Position numbers and translations under genes: made by a program
Assembly: GCA_042218325.1 (NCBI GenBank)
Contig: JBDGRE010000001.1
Location: 36,356-100,355 of the forward strand
DNA: 64,000 nt
Direction of reading: 5' to 3'
From: Candidatus Nanohaloarchaea archaeon
GTDB lineage: Archaea > Nanohalarchaeota > Nanosalinia > Nanosalinales > Nanosalinaceae
The notes under the pieces: generated by a model
What the model saw: the letters and a program-made list of their open reading frames with translations, nothing else
Told to the model about the DNA's origin: nothing
Database searches by the model: none
In this document: in pieces, positions 18,210-26,925 of the stretch
Layout: each line of letters begins with the position of its first letter
How positions within the stretch are numbered: position 1 is the first letter of the stretch

Positions 18210-21200
18210 ATGCATGATGCTTCTTCCTGGGGCCGGAAAGACAGTCGCACGCTCATCCGGTTCGGCCTGCTCCTGCTGTCATCCGTGCTCCTGTGCGGCA
18301 TAGTGGTGGCCGCCACGCTATCAGAGAACCATCTCGCCTCGAAGACAGTAGGGCCGGGGACCGATGATTTCGTGACCCTCAACTTTTCCTACACCGGCGA
18401 CCAGGTGCTGAACGGGACATCGCTGGCGTACGGCGAATCGCTCGCGTTCGGTCAGGACGCGGACTGGGCCATCGTCGCGTACGAATCCGGTGACCAGGAC
18501 TGGGACGCGGGCAGCGACTTCCTTGCGGTCGACCACGACTCCGACGGCGCCTACACCAGCAGGAACGACACCATCGTGAACGGCAGCTATAGTTTCAGCG
18601 GGGGCGAGAAGCTGGTCGAGAAAAATCTCTGGGGCAACATAACCTTCGGCGACGTCCCGCCCGCCGGCGCGTATCATACGAACGATTCGATAGTCAATGA
18701 CTTCGACAACTCTTCCTCTTACTCTGCCGAGAGCGATACAAATATCACTGGTAGCGCAGATGAGGGCGACAAGCTTTTCGAGCAGAAACCTTCCAGCTGG
18801 AAAAAGATCGGGTTCAACAACTACACAGGAGATATAGGCTACTTCCGGGGTAACGACTCGGTGGTGCTGGAGAACTCCACGTCCGGAAAGTTCTACCGCA
18901 TCTACAACAGTATCGGCGATACAGTGCTGGACGGGAACTCGTCGATGAAGAACGGCACCAGGCTTTACAGCACAAAACCGGAGGACTGGTACAACGTCAG
19001 CTTCCAGAACGGCTCCATAACAGGATGGAGCGCGAGCGAGGACGGTATATTCAAGGACCGGGACGGCTACGGCGTCTACACGGCCCGTCCTGACGGTATA
19101 ATCAACGGCCCTGAACCCTCTTTCGGTGTAAAGGTCGATAACCCCTTCACCGGAGACCCTGGCCTTGCCTTCAACGACTCCGGCGACGGTAACTGGAGCG
19201 CGGCCGATGACCTTATAATTCAGGACTACGGCGATCTGACCGTCTCCACGAGGAACGACACTCGGGTGGCAGGGACGCCGCCACAGGAGTCGGCAGGGTA
19301 CAGCTACAGCGACAGCTTCCATCCCAACTGGACGCTGGCCTCATACGACTCGAGCGACACCGGCAGCTACGACCCTTCGACCGATGCGGTCGTGCTTGAT
19401 GACGACAACAACTCGGTGTTCGGCCACGAGCTCAACAGCCTCACGGTCGAGAACGCCAGTACCGCTGGAAAGGACGATATCGACGCTCTCAGGCTCTGGG
19501 CCGAGAACACCAGCGACACAAGCTTCACGACCGGGGACGCGCTGCTTGACAACGCCACCTACAGCGACGGCCACTGGGCGTTCGAGGACATGACCTACAC
19601 GTTCACGTCGGGCCAGGACTTCTACGTCACCGCGAACATCTCCGCCGGCGCGATAAGAATGCCCGAGCTCCAGCTCAGGGTCCCGGCGCTGAACGATGTC
19701 GACGGCAACGGCACCTACAACGACACCGCCGACCGCGGCCTCTTCGTATCGGGAACTTCCGACACCGGCGGCCTCACCGGAACCGCCTCGCACACGGTCT
19801 ACACCCCTAATATCACGGAGGTGCGGACGGAGAGCGATGCTTCTTGGGGGGCTAAGGACAAGAATGTCGACAAGGTAATAGTGAAGTTTTCCGAGCGAGT
19901 GGACGTGGGAACGATAAGTTCAAGCGATTTGAAACTCACTAATCCTGATTTTTCAGGGGCGCTGCCTGACGATAAAAACAATGTTTCCCAGATTGCTATT
20001 CCGCTGGTGACCTCACCCGGTGGTGGAAAAGTAACAGGTATAAAGTACTACGGCGGCGGCCGGATTCTCACGAACCAGAGCGGTTACGAGCTTTCAACGG
20101 ATAACTCCACGGTCGAAGTAATCGACGGAGTGAACAGCGCCCCGACGGCGGATGCGGGCGGGGACAGGACGGTGGACGAGGGTAGTACCGTCCAGTTATC
20201 CGGTTCGGGAAGCTCCGATCCCGAGGGCGATAACCTGGATTACGAATGGGAGATTACCGCTGACCAGACTGGTGGAGCATCTTTTGATGGAGGTGATAAG
20301 GCGACGGGCGAGAGCGTTGTGCTCAGCGTTCCTGAGGTCAGTTCCAGTACCCCTGTCGACCTCAATCTCGTGGTGAACGATAGCGAGCTGACGGACAGCG
20401 ACGCCTTCACAGTTACTGTTACTAACAGCCAGACCTCTACGGGAACGGGCGGTGGCGGGAGCGGAAGCGGTAGCGGCGGCAACCAGCAGCAACAGCAGCA
20501 GGAGCCGGAGACCATCAACCGGTCTGTGATAATCGCCCGTGGAAAGGCAGAAGAGTTAGATATAGATGCGGAGACGGTGGGAGGCATCGCGGTCTCGGCA
20601 GTTGACAACCACGACCTCGTCGGCAGTATAGAGTACCGGGAGTTCGACAGCAGGCCCTCCAGCGTGGAAAGTCCGCCTCGCGGGCAGACGTACAGGTGGC
20701 TGGAAGTGGAGAGGAACAACATCGATAACAGGAACGTCAGGTCCGCGGTCTTCGACTTCAAGGTGTCGAAGGGCTGGCTCTCCGACAACAGTATAGCGCC
20801 GGAGACCGTAAAGCTGCTGAGGTACAACGAAGGCTGGCTGGAACTGGACACCTCGGTGAGGAGAGAGGACGCCGGCAACGTTTACTACCGGGCCACGAGC
20901 CCCGGCTTCTCCTACTTCACCATCACGGGCAGGACGTACCAGTCCCTTTTCGAGGTCAGGCAACTCAGCGTCGACAGGAAGAGGCTGATGGCCGGCGGCA
21001 ACGTGTCGATAAACGTGACCGTTTACAACGGCGCGCAGGAAAGCGCAAGCTACACCGTCGAGGTCGATGCGGGCGGCAAGAAGCTGTCGCGGGAGGTAAC
21101 TGTTGAAGGACGGTCGAACAGGACCGTGAGCTTCCTGCGGACCTTCGAGAGCGGCGGCACCAAAAAGATATCGGCCGGTGGCAGGAGCGTGGAAGTGGTC

Positions 21201-21488
21201 GTAGAGACCGAGGGCCTTCCCTGGATGATGATAGGTGGAGGGCTGCTCGGCATCATAGGCCTGTTCGCGGTCTACGTGTTCTGGCCCCGGATAACCGGCG
21301 AGATCCACACCCTGGAGATGTCGGTGGAAGGCGTCATCGAAGGTCTGGAGAAGACTGTGGTGGGCCTCGCAAGCAAGGCAGGCGTGCTGCATGAAGTGGT
21401 CCGGGGTGTCGGCGGCAGCGGCCGCGACTATTCCTTCGAGGGCTTCGGCGACGACGAGGACTTCGACTACTCGTTCGACAAGGCCTGA
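18210..21488 (+). CDS. Large surface protein: acidic N-terminal repeats + PKD + PGF-pre-PGF + CARDB, C-terminal TM and acidic tail
   Basis: Signal peptide; NSAPTADAGGDRTV...SSDPEGD.LDYEW (PKD); GS/Q linker; ATSPGFSYFTITG; TM WMMIGGGLLGIIGLFAVYVFW. Confidence 0.85.
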   Translation: MHDASSWGRKDSRTLIRFGLLLLSSVLLCGIVVAATLSENHLASKTVGPGTDDFVTLNFSYTGDQVLNGTSLAYGESLAFGQDADWAIVAYESGDQDWDAGSDFLAVDHDSDGAYTSRNDTIVNGSYSFSGGEKLVEKNLWGNITFGDVPPAGAYHTNDSIVNDFDNSSSYSAESDTNITGSADEGDKLFEQKPSSWKKIGFNNYTGDIGYFRGNDSVVLENSTSGKFYRIYNSIGDTVLDGNSSMKNGTRLYSTKPEDWYNVSFQNGSITGWSASEDGIFKDRDGYGVYTARPDGIINGPEPSFGVKVDNPFTGDPGLAFNDSGDGNWSAADDLIIQDYGDLTVSTRNDTRVAGTPPQESAGYSYSDSFHPNWTLASYDSSDTGSYDPSTDAVVLDDDNNSVFGHELNSLTVENASTAGKDDIDALRLWAENTSDTSFTTGDALLDNATYSDGHWAFEDMTYTFTSGQDFYVTANISAGAIRMPELQLRVPALNDVDGNGTYNDTADRGLFVSGTSDTGGLTGTASHTVYTPNITEVRTESDASWGAKDKNVDKVIVKFSERVDVGTISSSDLKLTNPDFSGALPDDKNNVSQIAIPLVTSPGGGKVTGIKYYGGGRILTNQSGYELSTDNSTVEVIDGVNSAPTADAGGDRTVDEGSTVQLSGSGSSDPEGDNLDYEWEITADQTGGASFDGGDKATGESVVLSVPEVSSSTPVDLNLVVNDSELTDSDAFTVTVTNSQTSTGTGGGGSGSGSGGNQQQQQQEPETINRSVIIARGKAEELDIDAETVGGIAVSAVDNHDLVGSIEYREFDSRPSSVESPPRGQTYRWLEVERNNIDNRNVRSAVFDFKVSKGWLSDNSIAPETVKLLRYNEGWLELDTSVRREDAGNVYYRATSPGFSYFTITGRTYQSLFEVRQLSVDRKRLMAGGNVSINVTVYNGAQESASYTVEVDAGGKKLSREVTVEGRSNRTVSFLRTFESGGTKKISAGGRSVEVVVETEGLPWMMIGGGLLGIIGLFAVYVFWPRITGEIHTLEMSVEGVIEGLEKTVVGLASKAGVLHEVVRGVGGSGRDYSFEGFGDDEDFDYSFDKA

Positions 21489-21961
21489 CGCTCGTATGTG
21501 ACAAATGAGAACTCTCCGTGGTCTTCCCTCTCGACCTCTTTCCAGTTGCTGCCGTTCCAGTCGGGGAAGAAGGTATCTCCCTCCGGTTCGTCGTGGACCT
21601 CTGTTATTATCATCCTGTCGGCCTCCGGGAGCGCCTGCTCGTATACTGAGGCCCCGCCTATCACGAAGGCCCTGCCGCTGCCGGTCTTTCTGGCGATGCG
21701 CCAGGCCTCGTCGAGGCTGTTCGCCTGCTCCACACTCTCGGGAGCGTCGATACCTGAACGGGTCAGGACTATGTTCTTCCTGCCGTCCAGCGGCCGTGCC
21801 TCTGCGGGTAGCGACCTGTAGGTTCCGCTCCCCATCACCACCGGGCTTCCCATCGTCGTCTCCCGGAAATGCTCCAGGTCTTCCGGGTAGTGCCACGGTA
21901 TGTCGCCGTCGCGGCCTATGACTCCGTTCTCCGCGACCGCCGCTATCAGGATTTTATCCAT
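21467..21961 (-). CDS. folA: Dihydrofolate reductase
   Basis: IAAVAENGVIG..GDIPW, VVMGSGTY, PLDGRKNIVLT, VIGGASVY, GDTFFP. Confidence 0.95.
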   Translation of the reverse strand: MDKILIAAVAENGVIGRDGDIPWHYPEDLEHFRETTMGSPVVMGSGTYRSLPAEARPLDGRKNIVLTRSGIDAPESVEQANSLDEAWRIARKTGSGRAFVIGGASVYEQALPEADRMIITEVHDEPEGDTFFPDWNGSNWKEVEREDHGEFSFVTYERQALSNE

Positions 21962-22116
21962 GACACCAGTTCCTCCCTGTACCTGTAGACGAGGTAGGCC
22001 AGAAAAATCACCGCGAGATAGAACGCCACGCCGTACAGCGGGACAGGACAACCTTCAGGTATGAAACATCTTCGCCCCATCCAGCCGAACAGCAGGTTCC
22101 AGGTCGCCTGGTCCAT
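21946..22116 (-). CDS. Small single-TM membrane protein (56 aa, below the ORF-track cutoff)
   Basis: Hand translation: MDQATWNLLFGWMGRRCFIPEGCPVPLYGVAFYLAVIFLAYLVYRYREELVSWIKS*. It fills the gap in the folC-folA run and overlaps the folA start. Confidence 0.6.
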   Translation of the reverse strand: MDQATWNLLFGWMGRRCFIPEGCPVPLYGVAFYLAVIFLAYLVYRYREELVSWIKS

Positions 22117-22128
22117 CCCGGAACAGTT

Positions 22129-22401
22129 TTACTCCTCAACAGATTTATACCTGAGCCACAGGTTCATGTCCTCCTCGACGAGTTCATATCCCGGCTGTTC
22201 TTCGAGGGTGGCGTACACCTGCTCGTGGCTGTAACCCTGTCTCGCGCTCCTCACGGCCTTGCCGGTCTGGAAGACTCTCGGGAGCTCCTGTATGTACGGT
22301 TCGAGGACCCTGTATACAGTCGGGGACCCGAGGTCGGGATCTTTCGAGGAGAGGCTCGCCCATCTGCCTATGCCCTCGCTGTCTTCAGGCGTCATCTTCA
22401 C
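22129..22401 (-). CDS. Hypothetical protein (90 aa)
   Basis: Co-oriented with and overlapping the folC end; acidic. Confidence 0.55.
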   Translation of the reverse strand: MKMTPEDSEGIGRWASLSSKDPDLGSPTVYRVLEPYIQELPRVFQTGKAVRSARQGYSHEQVYATLEEQPGYELVEEDMNLWLRYKSVEE

Positions 22402-23572
22402 CTGGCCTCCTGGCGTCTCCTATCAGGTACAGCGACCCGGTGACCACCACCGTCCCGTTGTCCCCGGCATCCCGCTTCGCGCAATCGACCGCTTTACCTG
22501 GCTCATTCACGATGCTGTACGGTTTCGAGACTTTTTCGGCTATATCTTCCGGTGACGCTGCCCTGAAGAAGTCAGGCTGCGTGAGGTAGAACTTCGACGC
22601 CTTCTGCTCAAGAACAGACACCATCTCATCTATATCCTTCGTCTCCAGGGCCGCGAAGACGCAGGTGAAATCTTCCGGCAGGTCGGGGAGGATGCGTCTC
22701 AGCGCCGCCGGGTTGTGGGCCCCGTCGTGGATGCATGTCGGCCTTCGGGACACTGTCTCCATCCGGCCCGGGCATCCAAGGCCCGAGAACGCCCCTTCAA
22801 GCTCCTCTGGCAGGCCCGTGAGCTCGTCGATCACTCTCAGCGCGGTTTCCAGGTTGTCCTGCTGGAAGCTCCCCTCTACGGGCAGCGAGAACTCGTGGCC
22901 GTCGAGGATGTACCTGTCGCCTATCCTCTCGACCTCGAGAGGCCTGAGCACCTCCGTGTCCCGTTCCGCGGCGGTCTCCAGTACCGGTTCGAGCTGGTCG
23001 CGGGCTACCAGCTTCCCTTCCTCCGGTATTATGCCTGCCTTTTCACGGGCTATCTCCTCCCGCGTGTAGCCGAGGTACTCTGTGTGCTCCTTGGCTACGT
23101 TGGTTATCGCCGATATCTCCGATCCGGCGGCGTTCGTCGCGTCCAGCCTTCCACCCATCCCGACCTCCATCACCGCCACGTCGACCCGTTCCCGGGAGAA
23201 ATGCTGGAAGGCCATGACGGTCAGGGCCTCGAAGAACGTGAGCTCGGCGCCGTTATCTATCTTTCTCGTCTCGTGGTACCTGTCCGCGAACTCCTCCTCG
23301 CCGATATCCTCGCCGTTGACACGTATCCTCTCCCGCACGGAGGTAAGGTGAGGTGACTTATAGACGCCGACATCGAGACCTTTCGCCTGCAACCCTTCCG
23401 ATACCATCTCTACGGTGGATCCCTTGCCATTGGAACCGCCTACAAGCACCACCCGGTAGCCCTGCTGTGGCTCGCCGAGGAGATCCAGTGCCTCGCGGGT
23501 CCCGTCAAGCGTCGGCTCTTTCTTCCCGGAGCCACGTGACCTCAGGTCTTCGACCGCTTTCTCGTAGTTCAT
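22385..23572 (-). CDS. folC: Folylpolyglutamate synthase / dihydrofolate synthase
   Basis: VGGSNGKGS, SPHLTSVRERIRVNG, EVGMGGRLDATN, EKAGII, DGAHNP, VTGSLYLIG. Confidence 0.93.
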   Translation of the reverse strand: MNYEKAVEDLRSRGSGKKEPTLDGTREALDLLGEPQQGYRVVLVGGSNGKGSTVEMVSEGLQAKGLDVGVYKSPHLTSVRERIRVNGEDIGEEEFADRYHETRKIDNGAELTFFEALTVMAFQHFSRERVDVAVMEVGMGGRLDATNAAGSEISAITNVAKEHTEYLGYTREEIAREKAGIIPEEGKLVARDQLEPVLETAAERDTEVLRPLEVERIGDRYILDGHEFSLPVEGSFQQDNLETALRVIDELTGLPEELEGAFSGLGCPGRMETVSRRPTCIHDGAHNPAALRRILPDLPEDFTCVFAALETKDIDEMVSVLEQKASKFYLTQPDFFRAASPEDIAEKVSKPYSIVNEPGKAVDCAKRDAGDNGTVVVTGSLYLIGDARRPGEDDA

Positions 23573-23606
23573 GTACCGGAGTTTCCCGGGCAACGGTTTA
23601 AACTGT

Positions 23607-24698
23607 TTACTCGGCCACCGCGAACTTTATGCCTGGATGAGGGTCGTAGTCCTCGACCTGTACGTCCTCGAACTCCAGGTCGTCGATGCTCTTCTCCGCA
23701 ACCTGTATAACCGGGCGGTCCCGTGGCTCACGTGACAGCTGTTCAAGAAGCCCTGGCACGTGGTCGTACCGCTCCTCGCCCTCCGCCTCTTCTGGCGCGT
23801 TCTCGACCAGCCACTCCTTTACCTCGAGGTAGTCCTCTCCTGTCGAGGCCTCGCGGACGCGGCGGGAAAGTTCATCGAGGTTTTCGCTGTACCAGCTACC
23901 TCTCTCGCCCTTGCCGCAGTAAACGTGCGTGTCGACAACTGTATGTGAGAACTTGCCGACCTCGAAAGGTGTCTGGTTCGCGATGATGTGTGTTATCAGT
24001 GCGTAGGCCGCGATGTTGAACGGTATCCCGAGCGCCGTATCGCCGGAGCGCTGTGTTAGATGCGTGTTCAGCTTGCCGTCCTGGACGTTGAGAACCCAGG
24101 TGAAGTGGCACGGCGGCAGCTTGGAAACTGCGGCGTTGGCCGGATGCCAGGCAGAGATGACGAGCCGGCGGGAGTTCGCGGAACGGTACGGGTGGTCGCC
24201 GTTCAGCGTGTCGATAACGTACTGGACCTGGTCGAAAGTCCTGCGGCCGCCTTCCTCATAGTTCACCCACCTGTCGACCTCCTCGATCTTCTCCTTCGGA
24301 AGGTCGTACCAGCTTTCCGCGTCTTCATGCCAGTCCTCTCTGTTGGGCCACCACTCGCCTTTTAGCTGCTGGCTTTTTCCCGGGAGAGGGAAGCGGCGCC
24401 AGAAGCGGCCGTACGCAGTAGGTAAGTTCCAGTCGTCGTCGGCCCAGGCGTTCCAGATACCGGTCTCGTCCTTCAGGTCGCGGATGTGGTGCTCGCCGGA
24501 GAAGTACCATAGCAGCTCGTGTATCAGCGAGTTCCACCTGAAGCCAGACATATCTTTTGTCGTCAGCAGCGGGAAGCCTTCCTGCAGGTCGATAGTGTAG
24601 GACTGCGAGAACGTCGATATGGTGTCGGAGGAGGTCCTGTTCTCCCTGTAGTTGCCTTTCGCGAGTATGTTCTCCACGAGCTGGTGGTACTGCCTCAT
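23607..24698 (-). CDS. thyA: Thymidylate synthase ThyA (halophile-type with insertions)
   Basis: GFPLLTTK, SRRLVISAW, LPPCH, QRSGD..LGIPFN, DTHVY. Confidence 0.95.
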   Translation of the reverse strand: MRQYHQLVENILAKGNYRENRTSSDTISTFSQSYTIDLQEGFPLLTTKDMSGFRWNSLIHELLWYFSGEHHIRDLKDETGIWNAWADDDWNLPTAYGRFWRRFPLPGKSQQLKGEWWPNREDWHEDAESWYDLPKEKIEEVDRWVNYEEGGRRTFDQVQYVIDTLNGDHPYRSANSRRLVISAWHPANAAVSKLPPCHFTWVLNVQDGKLNTHLTQRSGDTALGIPFNIAAYALITHIIANQTPFEVGKFSHTVVDTHVYCGKGERGSWYSENLDELSRRVREASTGEDYLEVKEWLVENAPEEAEGEERYDHVPGLLEQLSREPRDRPVIQVAEKSIDDLEFEDVQVEDYDPHPGIKFAVAE

Positions 24699-24792
24699 AA
24701 CTTATTCGAGTCGGTTCCCACTGTTTAATATCTTAAAAAGCAGTAAGCGGCAGGGGCCGGAAATATAAACTTTGTTGTTCTGAAGTAACAAC

Positions 24793-25665
24793 ATGGTTTC
24801 CCGCAGGATAGATCCCGATCTTCTTCCCTACCTCGTACACGAAGTCAGGGAGCCCATGGCTCTTGTATCCGGCAGTATAGACGCCATGTACGCGGGGCTC
24901 GAGACACGTGTGGCGGAGGAGTTCGAGGAAGAATACGAAGACCCTGAAAGAGAGCGGCTGGTCTCGGAGCTGAAGGAGGACGTTGATTTCACCATATCCA
25001 TCACCTCGGCGCTGACCGAGCAGCGCAGCCGACTCGAGTCGCGAGGCAGGGAGGACGAGGTCGACCGTTTCCTTTACGAGGAAGATATAGAGAGGCTCCG
25101 GAAGCCGGCTGAAGAGATAGATACCACCATCGAGGAAAGAGTTGCCAGGTCGGGTTACGCGCTCGCGGGTCTTTGGGACTACCAGAGGAGGCTGGACGGC
25201 GAGCAGCCGGGCCCTCTCTCGATGCAGGACGTGCTGGAACCGCTCGAAGCGAGGGGAGAAGTCACTTACAACGGGGCAGAGGAAGAGCTTGTTAACGGGG
25301 GTAGAGACCTCTGGCTCGGGCCTACCACCTGGCTGAAGAACCTTGACGACCACACCGAAGGTGCTGAGACAGGTGCAGCCGTCAGGCCTGCGGACGGGGA
25401 AGGTTACGAGATACTGATATGGGATACTGGCACAGGGGTAGACGAGGGCGCCATAGATGAGGAAAGCAAAGGGTTCCGGATAGCAGAAGACGTAACCACT
25501 GCCTACGACGGGGAGTTCGAGGTGCTATACAACAGGTTCGCTGACGGCTCCAGGAACCCGGAGTGGGAGGAGGCCGCCGGCTACCTGTCCGGAGAACTGG
25601 ACAGGCCGGCGGACGACCTCGGCTCCATCTTCTCGTGGAAACTCCGGCCAGCTGAAGGGTACTAG
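24793..25665 (+). CDS. Soluble histidine-kinase-like protein (HisKA + divergent HATPase), no sensor or TM domain
   Basis: H-box-like LVHEVREPM, N-box-like WLKNLDDH, G1-like IWDTGTGVD, degenerate G2 KGFRIA...YDGEFEV. Confidence 0.6.
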   Translation: MVSRRIDPDLLPYLVHEVREPMALVSGSIDAMYAGLETRVAEEFEEEYEDPERERLVSELKEDVDFTISITSALTEQRSRLESRGREDEVDRFLYEEDIERLRKPAEEIDTTIEERVARSGYALAGLWDYQRRLDGEQPGPLSMQDVLEPLEARGEVTYNGAEEELVNGGRDLWLGPTTWLKNLDDHTEGAETGAAVRPADGEGYEILIWDTGTGVDEGAIDEESKGFRIAEDVTTAYDGEFEVLYNRFADGSRNPEWEEAAGYLSGELDRPADDLGSIFSWKLRPAEGY

Positions 25666-26924
25666 TACTCGACTTCCGAGCCCTCGTACAGCGGGAACTC
25701 CTCCAGCAGCCCGGATACCCGCGAGGAAACCTGCTCTTCTACGTCGCCGTCTCCAGGGTTGTGGATCCGCCGGGCTATCATCTCACCGATTTCCTCCAGC
25801 TCGTCCTCCTTCATGCCGCGGGTGGTCAGCGCCGGGGTGCCTATCCTGACTCCCGAGGTGACCCTCGGGCTCTCCGGGTCGTAGGGCACCATGTTCTTGT
25901 TAACGATGATGTTGCAGTCCTCGAGCGCCGCCTCCGCCTCCTTACCGGTAACGTCTTCATCGCGGAGGTCCACCAGCACAAGGTGGTTGTCGGTGCCGCC
26001 GGAGACCAGATCGATGTCGTTCTCCCGGAGACCTCTCGCGAGCGCTTTCGTGTTCTTCTTTATCTGCCTGGCGTAATCCTCGAACTCTGGTTTCATGGCC
26101 TCCTTGAAGCTTACGGCCTTGCCGGCGACCTGGTGCATCAGCGGGCCACCCTGCGAGTAAGGGAAGACAGCGGAGTCCACGTCGTCCGCGTACTCCTCTT
26201 TGCAGAGTATCATCCCTCCACGGGCGCCCCGGATGGATTTGTGGGTGGTGGTGGTGACGATATCGCACTCCGGGAACGGCGATGGATGCTCGCCCGCCGC
26301 GACCAGGCCGGAGATATGGGCGATGTCGCACATCAGCTTCGCGCCGACCTCGTCCGCCACTTCGCGGAACATCTCGAAGTCGATCTCTCTGGGATACGCG
26401 GAGTAGCCGCAGACTATCAGGTCCGGGTCGTGCGCCTTCGCCGCTTCGAGGACGTCCTCACGCTCGAACTGTTCCGTCTCCTCGTTTATCGCGTACGTAT
26501 CGAAATCGAACAGGTCGCCTGAAAAGTTGACGCCGTGCCCGTGCGTCAGGTGGCCGCCGTGCGACAGCACGGGTCCCAGTACACGGTCGCCCTGTTCCAG
26601 CACCGCGAAGTACGCGGCGAAGTTCGCGGTCGAACCCGAGTGTGGCTGTACGTTGGCGTGGTCCGCGCTGAATATCTCGCAGGCCCTGTCGCGGGCAAGG
26701 TCCTCGATGGTGTCGTGGTACTCGCAGCCGGCGTAGTACCTTTTCCCGGGGTAGCCCTCCGCGTACTTGTTGGTCAGGACCGAGCCCTGCGCCTGCAGGA
26801 CCTGGCGGGGCACGAAGTTCTCGGAGGCTATCATCTCCAGCCCCTCTTTCTCCTGCCGCTCCATCTCGTTTTTGAGTGCCTCGTGTACTTCCGGGTCAGC
26901 GTCTGAAAGATTCTGGTGTCGCAT
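25662..26924 (-). CDS. glyA: Serine hydroxymethyltransferase (bacterial-type)
   Basis: MIASEN, NKYAEGYPGKRYY, NVQPHSG, TTTHKSIRGARGG, SGVRIGTPALT. Confidence 0.96.
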   Translation of the reverse strand: MRHQNLSDADPEVHEALKNEMERQEKEGLEMIASENFVPRQVLQAQGSVLTNKYAEGYPGKRYYAGCEYHDTIEDLARDRACEIFSADHANVQPHSGSTANFAAYFAVLEQGDRVLGPVLSHGGHLTHGHGVNFSGDLFDFDTYAINEETEQFEREDVLEAAKAHDPDLIVCGYSAYPREIDFEMFREVADEVGAKLMCDIAHISGLVAAGEHPSPFPECDIVTTTTHKSIRGARGGMILCKEEYADDVDSAVFPYSQGGPLMHQVAGKAVSFKEAMKPEFEDYARQIKKNTKALARGLRENDIDLVSGGTDNHLVLVDLRDEDVTGKEAEAALEDCNIIVNKNMVPYDPESPRVTSGVRIGTPALTTRGMKEDELEEIGEMIARRIHNPGDGDVEEQVSSRVSGLLEEFPLYEGSEVEY

Positions 26925-26925
26925 C

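Noticed and set aside
20448-20503. GGC/AGC and CAG short tandem repeats
   Set aside because: They encode an ordinary Gly-Ser/poly-Gln linker in frame and are not a phase-variation tract.
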